IMG/VR virus record: IMGVR_UViG_3300048834_001178
Span: 13,033 to 77,032 of that record
Source: a virus
Reading direction: 5' to 3' (one strand)
DNA length: 64,000 nucleotides
This document shows positions 25,709 to 35,154 of this stretch, piece by piece. The notes beneath the pieces are model-generated. The model saw only the letters and a list, made by a program, of their open reading frames with translations. It did not search any database and was not told the DNA's origin. Position 1 is the first letter of the stretch. Each line of letters begins with the position of its first letter. A program made the translations under genes and the position numbers.

Positions 25709-26527
25709 GTGCCGGTCGAGGTGTTTGAGAAGTTCGAGAGCCGCCGCTCCACCAAGGCGAACCAAGCCTCGCAGTCGTCTGCGGAGCTCGGCTACATCGT
25801 GCGCGGCACCGCCGACGACCTCGCGGCCCGCACCGCAGCGCAGGCGGCCTCCCCGGCAACCTACGACACGCTCCCTCGCCAGACCATCCAGATCGAGCCC
25901 ATCGGCCCGCAGCTGTGGGACGTCACTGTCCGCTACAGCCAGAACGCCTCCACCGGCACGAGCACCCCGAGCGAGTCCTCGTTCACCTTCGAGACCGGCG
26001 GCGGGACGCAGCACATCACCCAGAGCCTGCAGACCATGCAGCGCCGCCCCGCCCCCGGCACCACCGCGCCGGACTTCGGCGGAGCGATCGGCGTCACCGC
26101 CGACGGCGTTGAGGGCGTCGACATCACCATCCCGGTCTACCAGTTCTCCGAGACGCACTACTTCACCGATGCCCAGGTCACCGCTTCGTACAAAGGCGCG
26201 ATCTTCTCCTGCACGGGCAAGACCAACGCCGGCTCATTCCGCGGGTTCGCGGCCGGCGAGGTGCTCTTCCTCGGCGCGACGGGCTCCAAGCGCGGCGACG
26301 GCCCGGATGACGACTGGGAGATCACGTTCCGCTTCGCGGCGAGCCCCAACCAGACCAACCTGACCGTCGGTCCCGTCACCGGAATCAACAAGAAAGGCTG
26401 GGAGTACCTGTGGGTCCGCTACGCCGACGCGGAGGACTCGGGCTCGGGCGCGATCATCAAGAAACCCATCGCCGCGTACGTCGAGCGCGTGTACGACCAG
26501 GCCAACTTCGGAGCACTCGGAATCTAA
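25709..26527 (+). CDS. Putative distal tail/baseplate protein
   Basis: Directly after tape measure; beta-rich composition; AAGGAG RBS. Confidence 0.6.
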   Translation: MPVEVFEKFESRRSTKANQASQSSAELGYIVRGTADDLAARTAAQAASPATYDTLPRQTIQIEPIGPQLWDVTVRYSQNASTGTSTPSESSFTFETGGGTQHITQSLQTMQRRPAPGTTAPDFGGAIGVTADGVEGVDITIPVYQFSETHYFTDAQVTASYKGAIFSCTGKTNAGSFRGFAAGEVLFLGATGSKRGDGPDDDWEITFRFAASPNQTNLTVGPVTGINKKGWEYLWVRYADAEDSGSGAIIKKPIAAYVERVYDQANFGALGI

Positions 26528-26530
26528 AGC

Positions 26531-27571
26531 ATGCCCGACGACCTCCGCAAAGTCCGCTCCGGTCAGCCGCTCCGCATCCCCGCGGGCGCGTACAACGCGT
26601 TCGTCGATGCGGCGGTCGATCTGCGCGCGCGACAGGGGCGGGGCCAAGCCGTCGCCGGTCCTCTCGTCGAATCCGCCCAGCGTGGTATCGGCGTGGTGCT
26701 GGTCCGCAACGATTCGGACGAGCTGATCGAGCCGCACCACGCGCTGGCGATCACCGGCGTGCTGGTCGAGCCCGGTGAGGACGATCAGGAGCGAACCTTC
26801 CACAGCCGCACGCCTCTGACGGGCGATGTGGCGACCGAGGTGTCCGACATGCTCGCCTTCGCGGTGGCGCTCCAGCCGATCAAGCCCAATGCCCTCGGTC
26901 CCTGCGTGCTCACCGGCGTGACGACCGCCCGGGTCTACATCACCAATGAGACCGACACCACCTGCGAACTCGCGGCCGACGAGACGGTCCTGGCGAGCAC
27001 GCCCATGAGCGGCATTCCGATCCTGTGGAAGGAGGATGGCACCGGCGAGAAGTGGGCGGTGATCGAACTCGGCCGCCCCTCGCCGGGACGCATTACCGCG
27101 ATCCTCGGCGCGGCCCAGCCGATCCCCACCGAGCGCAACCGCTGGCGCTACCCGTGGGTCGAGGCTCAGATCGACGGCAACCCGGGCAGCCCGGACTACC
27201 TGCGCTACGTGCCGGTCGAGAACGGCCTGACCTCGCAGGCCCCCAGCGGCGGCGAGGACCCCACGCGCCTGGCGATCAACCGCCTCGAGGCCCACCACAT
27301 GAACGACTCCGAGCCCGGCTCGGGGTTCGGCGGCCTGCTGGGGCTGGGCCCGGTGTGCGAGCTCCCGGGCGTGCTCCCCAAGTGCCCGCCCGCGCGATCG
27401 CTCAAGCCCAAGCTCGTGCCGATCCCCGAAGGCGTGTGCGTGCAGATGACTTGCGAGCGCAACAGCCGGGGCAAGCCGGTGTGGGTCTTCGTGGCGATGA
27501 GCTTGATCGAGATCGCCGACCCCGCCGACGAGGACCGCAAGTTCAACCTCTACATCGGAGGTGCTGAATGA
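26531..27571 (+). CDS. Putative tail tip protein
   Basis: In operon after the distal tail gene; no recognisable family motif. Confidence 0.5.
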   Translation: MPDDLRKVRSGQPLRIPAGAYNAFVDAAVDLRARQGRGQAVAGPLVESAQRGIGVVLVRNDSDELIEPHHALAITGVLVEPGEDDQERTFHSRTPLTGDVATEVSDMLAFAVALQPIKPNALGPCVLTGVTTARVYITNETDTTCELAADETVLASTPMSGIPILWKEDGTGEKWAVIELGRPSPGRITAILGAAQPIPTERNRWRYPWVEAQIDGNPGSPDYLRYVPVENGLTSQAPSGGEDPTRLAINRLEAHHMNDSEPGSGFGGLLGLGPVCELPGVLPKCPPARSLKPKLVPIPEGVCVQMTCERNSRGKPVWVFVAMSLIEIADPADEDRKFNLYIGGAE

Positions 27572-28161
27572 CAACGACCACACCGGCACAGGCAACGCCG
27601 CTGGATGCCAAGCGTGCCAAGGAACGGGCCAAGTACCTGGCGCTGGCGAACAAGCCCGGCTCGAAGTACGGCTCGTCCAACCACGGCCAGGCGGCGATCC
27701 CGCTCATCCAGGAGAGCAAGCCGAGGTTCGTGGTGGACTTCGGCTGCGGCCGCAACGACCTTGTCCGCGAGCTGCGGCGCCTCGGCATCGACGGGCTGGG
27801 CGTCGACTTTGCCTTCCCCGAGGCGGACCTCGTGCGCCCCATGCACGCGACCACCCTCCAGGCGGGCATCGCCGACGTGGTGACGAGCTTCGACGCTCTC
27901 GAGCACCTCCTGCCCGAGGATGTTGACCTGACGCTCGCGGAGATGCGCCGCGTCGCGGTGCCGCGCGGACGGTTCATCCTCTCGATCTGCACGCGGCCGA
28001 GCACGACCACCGTCGCCGGAGAAGGTCTGCACCCGACGGTGCGTCCGCGGGACTGGTGGCTCGACCGCATCGCCCGCGTCGGCGTCGCGAGCAAGCCCAG
28101 GGCGGGGTCCCGCTACATCGTCGGGCGGTTCAAAAGTGATGGGGGGTGCTGCGGTGCGTGA
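27568..28161 (+). CDS. Class I SAM-dependent methyltransferase
   Basis: VVDFGCGRN, GVDF, DVVTSFDALEHL. Confidence 0.85.
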   Translation: MTTTTPAQATPLDAKRAKERAKYLALANKPGSKYGSSNHGQAAIPLIQESKPRFVVDFGCGRNDLVRELRRLGIDGLGVDFAFPEADLVRPMHATTLQAGIADVVTSFDALEHLLPEDVDLTLAEMRRVAVPRGRFILSICTRPSTTTVAGEGLHPTVRPRDWWLDRIARVGVASKPRAGSRYIVGRFKSDGGCCGA

Positions 28162-29068
28162 GAACCAGTCCGACATCGCGGCGCTTCAGTCCGGGCTCAA
28201 GGCGCGCAAGCCCGCCCGTGATGGCCTGCGCCTCTACACCGCCCCGCCGACGTTCGAGTCGGTGTCGCTGAGCGGGTTCTACCGGGGCCGGTCCGCGTTC
28301 CTGATGCTCTCCGGTCCGTCGCTCAAGCAGATCGACCTGTCGCTGCTGGACGCCCGCGGCATCGTCACGATGGCCGTCAACAACGCATGGTCCGTGCGGC
28401 GTCCGACGCTCTGGACCTGCGTTGATGACCCCGGGCGCTTCATCGATGTGGGCTGGAAGGACCCGGGCATCCTGAAGTTCGTGCCCACGTGCATGTGGGA
28501 AAAGCGGCTGAAGGTGATGAACCCCGACGGCACGCTCCGCAACAGCGCCTTCAAGGTCCACCAGATGCCCGGCGTGCTGTTCTTCCGGCGCAGCGATCAC
28601 TTCGACCACGAGCGATTCCTCACGGGAGACACGGTCTCATGGGGCAACGACGCGAAGAACCCCGACTCGCTGGGCATCACCGGCAAGCGCTCGGTCATGC
28701 TCGTCGCCCTCCGGCTGCTTTACTACCTCGGCTTCTCGACGGTGTACCTGCTCGGCTGCGACTTCAAGATGGACGCGGAGCGCAAGTACGCCTTCGACGA
28801 GCACCGCGCGACCAACGCGATCCGGCACAACAACGTGCTGTATGACTCGCTGTCGCGCCGGTTCGAGGCGCTCAAGCCCCACTTCGAGAAGCACCGCTTC
28901 CGCGTGGTCAACTGCTCGCCCGGAAGCGCCCTGGAGGTCTTCGAGAAGATGGCCTTTGAGGACGCGGTGAAGGCAGCCGCTTCCGAGTGCGGCAAGCCGA
29001 TCCGCACCGACGGGTGGTACGAGCCCAATCCCAAGGCGAGCGCCCCGCCACAGGAGGCCGCACGATGA
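28154..29068 (+). CDS. MAF/MptE(DUF115)-like nucleotide-sugar transferase fold protein
   Basis: AFLMLSGPSL, TMAVNNAW, ALRLLYYLGFSTVYLLGCDF, VVNCSPGSAL. Confidence 0.65.
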   Translation: MRENQSDIAALQSGLKARKPARDGLRLYTAPPTFESVSLSGFYRGRSAFLMLSGPSLKQIDLSLLDARGIVTMAVNNAWSVRRPTLWTCVDDPGRFIDVGWKDPGILKFVPTCMWEKRLKVMNPDGTLRNSAFKVHQMPGVLFFRRSDHFDHERFLTGDTVSWGNDAKNPDSLGITGKRSVMLVALRLLYYLGFSTVYLLGCDFKMDAERKYAFDEHRATNAIRHNNVLYDSLSRRFEALKPHFEKHRFRVVNCSPGSALEVFEKMAFEDAVKAAASECGKPIRTDGWYEPNPKASAPPQEAAR

Positions 29069-30579
29069 GCGACGGCCCCACGCGGTACTACCTCTACATC
29101 CCCGTCTGGGCGACGGGACGCGCTCCCCAGGGCGGCGGGTCGAGCAACTACTCGACGCCGTCGGGCTCGACACCCGAGAGCACGTACTCGACCCCGACCA
29201 GCACGCCGAGCATGCCGCCGAGCTACTCGACGACGGGCGATGTGATCTACACGACCGGCCCGGGCGGCACGCCCACGCTCACGTTCTACACCACCGGCGC
29301 GTTCACGAGCAACACGCCGGGGACGACGCACACGCCGTCGAGCAGCGGGCCGATGTCATCCAGCGGGATGACCACCGACTCGTCGCAGACGCCGACGAGT
29401 TCGCAGACCCCGTCGAGCACGGGCTCGTCGGGCATGAGCAGTTCCGGTGGCGGGAGTTCCTCGGGGGCGTCGAGTGGCATGTCCTCGGGTGCGAGTTCGG
29501 GGGCGTCGTCGGGCATGTCCACCGGTGGCAGTTCCGGTATGTCCTCGGGCATGTCGTCGGGTGGGTCGTCCGGTGGTTCATCGGGCGGCGGTTCGTCCGG
29601 TGGCGGGTCGTCGGGCGGCGGCGGATCCAGCGGCGGCGGCAGCGGCCCCGGTGGGTCGGGTCCGGGCGGATCCGGGCCTGGCGGCTCGGGGCCGGGTGGT
29701 TCTGGCCCGGGCGGCAGCGGTCCCGGCGGCTCAGGTCCCGGCTCCAACTGCGTGCTCGCGGGCACACCCGTGATGCTGGCCGACGGATCGACTAAGCCCG
29801 TCGAGGCGCTCCAACCGGGCGACCGTGTCGCGGCGCTCGACGTGGCGGGCCTGGACCGCGACGTGCCGTGGCGAGCCCAGTACCAGTGGCTCCGTCCGTG
29901 GGCGGAGGCGGCGCTCACGCCCGTCACGGGCACCGTCGGCAGCGTGAAGATCGGATCGCACGACGGGTTCGTCACCATCAACGGCCGCCTACGCCTGACG
30001 CCCGAGCACCCGGTGCTGCTGAAGCGCAACGAGGAGATCGGCTTCGCGTCGGCGGAGTTCGTGCAGGTCGGCGATGCGCTCGTGCGCCAGGGCCTGAGCG
30101 AGGAACTCGTCGCGTCAGTTGATCGGTCGGGCGAGCGCGTGACGACAGTGGCCGTGCATGTGCCCGGACTCAACGTGTTCCTGGCGGGCGGCGTGTGGAT
30201 TCACAACGACATGCCCGCCACCCAGCAGAGCGGGTCCGGATCGTCGTCGGGTTCGGGGTCGAGTTCAGGCTCCGGGTCCGGGTCGTCGAGCGGGAGCGGC
30301 TCCGGCAGCGGAAAGTCCAGCGGCTCGTCCATGTCGAGCTCGGGGTCCAGTTCTGGGTCGAGTTCCGGCAGTTCGTCAGGCTCATCGAGCGGCAGCGACA
30401 GCGGCTCCGGCCCGCCCGGCTCCGGATCGGGCTCCGGCAGCGTCCAGCAGTCAGTGGCGCTGGGCGAGGGCGCATCGTCCTTCATCGAGGGTGGCATGGA
30501 GGGTGTGCCTCCGGCGAAGTGGCAGCAGAGCGGTTTGGGCAGTCTCAGCAGCGGCATCGAAGAGGAGGCAAAGGCGTGA
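29065..30579 (+). CDS. Ser/Thr/Gly-rich low-complexity protein with central Hint (intein-like) domain
   Basis: Hint 29749-30207: CVLAGTPVMLADG, LTPEHP, WIHN; flanked by SSG and SGPGG repeats. Confidence 0.85.
   Translation: MSDGPTRYYLYIPVWATGRAPQGGGSSNYSTPSGSTPESTYSTPTSTPSMPPSYSTTGDVIYTTGPGGTPTLTFYTTGAFTSNTPGTTHTPSSSGPMSSSGMTTDSSQTPTSSQTPSSTGSSGMSSSGGGSSSGASSGMSSGASSGASSGMSTGGSSGMSSGMSSGGSSGGSSGGGSSGGGSSGGGGSSGGGSGPGGSGPGGSGPGGSGPGGSGPGGSGPGGSGPGSNCVLAGTPVMLADGSTKPVEALQPGDRVAALDVAGLDRDVPWRAQYQWLRPWAEAALTPVTGTVGSVKIGSHDGFVTINGRLRLTPEHPVLLKRNEEIGFASAEFVQVGDALVRQGLSEELVASVDRSGERVTTVAVHVPGLNVFLAGGVWIHNDMPATQQSGSGSSSGSGSSSGSGSGSSSGSGSGSGKSSGSSMSSSGSSSGSSSGSSSGSSSGSDSGSGPPGSGSGSGSVQQSVALGEGASSFIEGGMEGVPPAKWQQSGLGSLSSGIEEEAKA
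29638..29745 (+). repeat. 15-nt coding tandem repeat, about 7 x (GSGPG), synonymously diversified
   Basis: Translation GSGPGGSGPG...; codons differ between units. Confidence 0.8.
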
Positions 30580-31199
30580 TTCCGAAGGTCATCTACACGG
30601 CGGACCTCATTGAGACTCCCGACAAGCAGCGGCTCACGGCGTGGCGGCACGCGTGGCAAACCATGCACCCCGAGTGGGATGTGGTGACGCTCACGCTAGA
30701 CACCAAGCCGCCGATCCTGAACTACGACCAGTGGCAGCAGACCTTCGGGCTCGCCGAGCCCGCGGCGTCCGCCGCACGGCTGAACCTGCTCCGCTACGAA
30801 GTGCTGGCCCGCGAGGGCGGCGTCTTCGTCGATCCGGACCGACTGCCGCTGCGCCCGCTCGACGAACTCGTCGCCGGGGTTGGCGCGTTCTGTTCCACGA
30901 TCGCCAGCCACGGCGCGAGCAGGCCGCACATGCTCTCGCCGTCGGTGCTCGGCGCGACGCGGAATCATCCGATGCTCTGGCACGCGATCCGCGATCTGCC
31001 GCACTCAGTGCTGGTCTATCGCGGTGTGTGGGACCAGAGCGGGCCGGGCTTCCTCACCCGCGTGGTCCGCGACCACGGGCACTTCCGCGACGTGGTGCCG
31101 TTCCACTGGGCGATCTTCGAGCAGGGCGAGGACGCCGCCAAGGCCCACGGCGGCGCGTTCGCCTTCGTGCAGGCGAAGGCTGCGGAGGTGGTGGCGTGA
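30576..31199 (+). CDS. Glycosyltransferase family 32 (DxD, OCH1-like)
   Basis: IPKVIY, NLLRYEVLAREGGVFVDPD, SGPGFLT. Confidence 0.8.
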   Translation: MIPKVIYTADLIETPDKQRLTAWRHAWQTMHPEWDVVTLTLDTKPPILNYDQWQQTFGLAEPAASAARLNLLRYEVLAREGGVFVDPDRLPLRPLDELVAGVGAFCSTIASHGASRPHMLSPSVLGATRNHPMLWHAIRDLPHSVLVYRGVWDQSGPGFLTRVVRDHGHFRDVVPFHWAIFEQGEDAAKAHGGAFAFVQAKAAEVVA

Positions 31200-31900
31200 G
31201 CACGGCCGCACGCACCACCTCAATCCCGCGGGTCCTGCACCAGATCTGGCTGGGCAAGGGCGAAATGCCGCTCAATCAGCGGCGCTGGCGGCGGCGCTTT
31301 GCCGAGATGAACCCGCACTGGGAGATGCGGCTGTGGACCGACGGCAACCTGCCGCCGATCCTCAACCGCAACGCCTGGGACGCCTGCGGCAACGTCGGCG
31401 GCACGCCCGGCTGCGTGATGCGGTCGGACATCCTGCGGCTGGAGGTACTGGCCCGGTTCGGAGGGGTCTATCTCGACACCGACGTGAAGCCGATCCGCCC
31501 GCTCGACGAGATGTGTCCGCCCGAAGTACGAGCGTGGGCTGCCTGCGAGCAACTCGACATCGTGTCCAACGCGGCGATGGGGTTCCCGCCCACCCACCCG
31601 GCGATGTGGCACGCGGTGGCGATGATCGAAGAGTCGTTCTTCGAGCGCCGGTACGTCGGTGATCAGGCGGGGCCGGGCCTGATCGCGCGGGTGGTCACCC
31701 AGTACGACGACGTGGTGCTCTATCCGCCGACGTACTTCCACCCGACGGTCGGAGAGTCGAAGTCCAATCCCGACGCAGCGAGGTTCCTTCTGGGCGCGCA
31801 CCTGTTTGCCGGGACTTGGGTTGAGGCCAATCGATGGCGGTACGCGAGCGCGTGGGACGCCAACGCACTCTCTGAGAATCCGCAAAGTCTCAGCGAATAG
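31196..31900 (+). CDS. Glycosyltransferase family 32 (DxD, OCH1-like)
   Basis: IPRVLHQIWLG, RSDILRLEVLARFGGVYLDTD, AGPGLI, HLFAGTW. Confidence 0.88.
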   Translation: MSTAARTTSIPRVLHQIWLGKGEMPLNQRRWRRRFAEMNPHWEMRLWTDGNLPPILNRNAWDACGNVGGTPGCVMRSDILRLEVLARFGGVYLDTDVKPIRPLDEMCPPEVRAWAACEQLDIVSNAAMGFPPTHPAMWHAVAMIEESFFERRYVGDQAGPGLIARVVTQYDDVVLYPPTYFHPTVGESKSNPDAARFLLGAHLFAGTWVEANRWRYASAWDANALSENPQSLSE

Positions 31901-32100
31901 CACCCCCTGGTGATCGCTGCTGATGCGCCTGTGGCTGGCACAGATCCAAGTCTAGTGAAAAGCAGGCTCGTGGTGCGGAGGGCAAACGACTCCCACGGGC
32001 CTCGCTCAAGCGCTCTACCCTTCAATCCTATCCACTCGGCGGCAGGCATGTTCGCATGCTGATCGGGTTGGTAGTACAATGGCCAGCGAGCATCTCCCGC

Positions 32101-33114
32101 ATGACACCCCCGGCAACCAAGAAACCGCGAGCAAAGACACCCAAGTCATCCCAGACTGGCACTGTTGGCCCCCGATGGCCGACCGTGGCACTGAACCCAG
32201 TTGCCACGCCAGACTCGGCATTCATGAACCGCGAGTTGCGCCGGCACGCATTCTACAGCGACGACCGGACTCTCATCTTCTGTGCGGATGCAGCGAAAGC
32301 GATTGGCTGGCTGGTCTCCGCAGGTGTGACCGTGGATACCACCGTCACTTCACCGCCCTTCTACGGCCAGCGGGACTACGGCGTCGATGGGCAAATCGGT
32401 TTGGAGTTGCACCCGTCAGAGTACCTGTCCCGTCTGGTGTCAGTCTTCCGAAAGTGCCGCGAGGTCTTCAAGGAGACCAGTAGCCTGTGGGTCAATCTTG
32501 GCGATACGTACTGGAGTGGTCGAGGCGAGCACCGCAGTGGAGAGGCCAAACAGGCAGCGAGGCGATTCGGACTTCGACCCCAGGACCGCAAGGGCGATGG
32601 GATTTGGTGCAGGCCGAAGCAACTCCTACTCATCCCACATCGTTTCGCAATCGCCATGCAGGAAGCTGACTGGATCCTCCGCAACGACAATGTGTGGGTC
32701 AAACCCAATCCGGTCCCAGACCAAGTAAGAGATCGCTGCTCGATGGGGCACGAGTATGTTTTTCACTTCGTGACCCAACGGTTCTATTACTACCGTCGCG
32801 ATAGAGTCGGTCGGCCAAACCCAGGCAAATCGCCCTTGCCACCGTTGGACGTTTGGGTGGTTCCGCCGTCCAAAGGTAGTAACGGACATCCTGCTGCGTT
32901 CTCTGCCGACTTGGTTGACCTACCGATCCGTGCGACAACTCCGCCGAATGGCGTGGTATTGGACCCGTTCGCTGGAAGCGGTACAACGGTCTTGCATGCC
33001 CGCAGGCTCGGCTTCCGCGCGATCGGCATCGACATAAAGCCGGAATACTGTAAGGCGATGGCCGCAGCCTGCCAAAAGGACCCACCGATTCTGCTGCCGC
33101 TCTCTGAGAAGTGA
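32101..33114 (+). CDS. N4-cytosine/N6-adenine DNA methyltransferase (beta class); start uncertain
   Basis: VTSPPFYGQRDY, WVNLGDTY, HPAAF, VLDPFAGSGTT. Confidence 0.9.
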   Translation: MTPPATKKPRAKTPKSSQTGTVGPRWPTVALNPVATPDSAFMNRELRRHAFYSDDRTLIFCADAAKAIGWLVSAGVTVDTTVTSPPFYGQRDYGVDGQIGLELHPSEYLSRLVSVFRKCREVFKETSSLWVNLGDTYWSGRGEHRSGEAKQAARRFGLRPQDRKGDGIWCRPKQLLLIPHRFAIAMQEADWILRNDNVWVKPNPVPDQVRDRCSMGHEYVFHFVTQRFYYYRRDRVGRPNPGKSPLPPLDVWVVPPSKGSNGHPAAFSADLVDLPIRATTPPNGVVLDPFAGSGTTVLHARRLGFRAIGIDIKPEYCKAMAAACQKDPPILLPLSEK

Positions 33115-33135
33115 TGCGACTGGAGACAATTGACC

Positions 33136-35154
33136 ATGGGCACGTTTCTCAATGCGGACACTATCAGAATCGCGGTTCGTCGGCTCGGCGACTCGCTCGC
33201 GCAGACGGGAATGCATGATTTCCTCGTGCTCAAGCGCGCTTCGGTGCTCAGCAAGTCACCGAAGGTGGTTCTCTCGGAACGAAACCAGCCATTCATGCAG
33301 GCGATTGAGCAATTGACTTCGTGCAATGAACCATTGGGCGCCGCTCTCGACGCCTCATGGAATCTGCCACCATTCATAAATGTGTTCGGTACGGCTAAGC
33401 ACAGCAAAGGACCGTTCCGTTCCGCCAAGTTCACTTCGAACGGACCGGCTGACACCGTGAGCAAGTCGCGTCCGTGGCAAGCCCTGGTGGAAGTGCACGA
33501 CGAGCGCCCGAGATCCGTTACGTTTCGTCGCGACTATCTACAGCACGCTAAGTCCGTCCTGCTCAAGGCACAGTCACCGAGTGATGAACTCCCGCGACTC
33601 TCCGATGCGGCGATCTGGTTCTTCCGTGCATCCGACATCTCTGCGCTCGCAGCATCGAAGGATCGGAACAGCATTCTCGGTGGCATGGTACGCGCATTCG
33701 TGGATGCCCTGCACCTCACCAAAGAAGAAGTAGCACTCCTCTTTGTTGATGCTAACGCTCTGGACGCGTCGGTCTATCCCGAAGTGCTTACCTCCGACTC
33801 CGTCGCGTCGCCGATCTCGTACCTTACCCTAGGTAGCGTCGAAGCAACTCCCGTGACCGAGACTGCTGGCAAGGTGTCATGGGATCTCGCCGTCTCCCTT
33901 GCCGCCAAAGAGTTCATAATTCTGACGGGCCTCTCGGGCACTGGAAAAACCCGCGGAGCAATCCGGCTCAGCGCGGCAGTTACCGCTGGAGCCGCCCAAC
34001 CGGTCGAGTTGATCCCAGTTGCCGCGGACTGGAACGACTCCCGTCCTCTCCTTGGGTATCGCCATCCATTCGGTCGTACGATAAATGAGGCTGGCCAAAG
34101 CGCCCTGGCAGACACCTACGAGATCACGCCCGCGCTGCGCCTTGTTTTGCGAGCGAGTCACCCGGACAGTGAGCGGATTCCACACTTTCTGATTCTGGAC
34201 GAGATGAACCTCTCGCACGTCGAGCGCTACTTCAGTCCAGTACTTTCCCTTCTCGAAGCGGCGCGAAGCACGTCGAGGGCGAGCACTATCCCGCTGATTC
34301 CAGCAGCCGATACCCAGTTAATCGCTTCGGTGTTGCAGCGTGAGAATCCGAACTCTCTTGAAGCAAAGGCCGCCTCAATCCAAGCCGCACAGGGGGCCGG
34401 GATTGGCATTCCGGGCAATCTGTTCATCGTTGGCACAGTGAATGTGGACGAAACTACCTACATGTTTTCGCCCAAGGTGCTGGACCGTGCCCATGTAATC
34501 GAGGTGGCTTCGATATCGCCGCTCGAGTTTGTGACAGGAACAGGATCCGCCGAGGAGTTGGTTTCGGCATCCGCCGCGCTGGAACTGCTCCAGTGGTCAA
34601 TCGAGCGGCGAGACGAGTCGGAGCGGACAGACGGCGCGGTGGATCTGCTGGAGTCAGTTCATACGGATTCTGGACTAGATCCAGCGGTACTCGATGCCAT
34701 CAAGAATGCTTTGAAGTGCGCGCTCGAAGGATCGCATGTTCTGCTTGGTCCGATCGGCTTCGGCTTGGGATATAGAGTGGTTCGCGAGTGCTTTGACTAC
34801 GTCGCAACGTGCCTTCGACTGGCGGTGATCGCAGAGTGGACTCCAGAGCAGATTCAAGCCGCCTGGCACCATTGGATAGACCGGGCGATTCTGCAGAAAG
34901 TGTTGCCAAAGCTCCACGGCAACCGGCTTCAGTTGACCGGGCCCCTCACTGCCACAATAGCCTTCTTTTCTGGCGGAACGGCCATCACGGAACCTCGCGC
35001 GGCATATCAGATGGCTGGTGGCAATGAGGTGGGCGTAGACGAATCGCTCAAGCTCACCTTCGGTTCGCCTACCGCTCTTCCTCTCTGTATCAAGAAGCTG
35101 TCTCGCATGCTGTGGCGTGTTGAAACCACCGGATACGCGGGGTTTATAGAGTGA
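33136..35154 (+). CDS. mcrB: McrB-family AAA+ GTPase with unknown N-terminal domain
   Basis: ILTGLSGTGKT, ILDEMNLSHVERYFS, GTVNVDETTYMFSPKVLDRA, QKVLPKLHG. Confidence 0.88.
   Translation: MGTFLNADTIRIAVRRLGDSLAQTGMHDFLVLKRASVLSKSPKVVLSERNQPFMQAIEQLTSCNEPLGAALDASWNLPPFINVFGTAKHSKGPFRSAKFTSNGPADTVSKSRPWQALVEVHDERPRSVTFRRDYLQHAKSVLLKAQSPSDELPRLSDAAIWFFRASDISALAASKDRNSILGGMVRAFVDALHLTKEEVALLFVDANALDASVYPEVLTSDSVASPISYLTLGSVEATPVTETAGKVSWDLAVSLAAKEFIILTGLSGTGKTRGAIRLSAAVTAGAAQPVELIPVAADWNDSRPLLGYRHPFGRTINEAGQSALADTYEITPALRLVLRASHPDSERIPHFLILDEMNLSHVERYFSPVLSLLEAARSTSRASTIPLIPAADTQLIASVLQRENPNSLEAKAASIQAAQGAGIGIPGNLFIVGTVNVDETTYMFSPKVLDRAHVIEVASISPLEFVTGTGSAEELVSASAALELLQWSIERRDESERTDGAVDLLESVHTDSGLDPAVLDAIKNALKCALEGSHVLLGPIGFGLGYRVVRECFDYVATCLRLAVIAEWTPEQIQAAWHHWIDRAILQKVLPKLHGNRLQLTGPLTATIAFFSGGTAITEPRAAYQMAGGNEVGVDESLKLTFGSPTALPLCIKKLSRMLWRVETTGYAGFIE

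Larger units (their letters stand above)
1..31900 (+). mobile_element. Prophage element 1 (siphovirus-like, GpA-type terminase/lambda portal); left end lies outside the window
   Basis: Contiguous, mostly co-directional replication, packaging, head and tail genes with overlapping stop/start codons; right boundary placed at the last GT32 gene, where composition shifts. Confidence 0.9.

Noticed and set aside
29400-30450. Repeats as CRISPR array, DGR variable region or a canonical splicing intein
   Set aside because: Repeats are in-frame coding low complexity without spacers; no cas or RT gene in the window; +1 residue is Asp and there is no homing endonuclease
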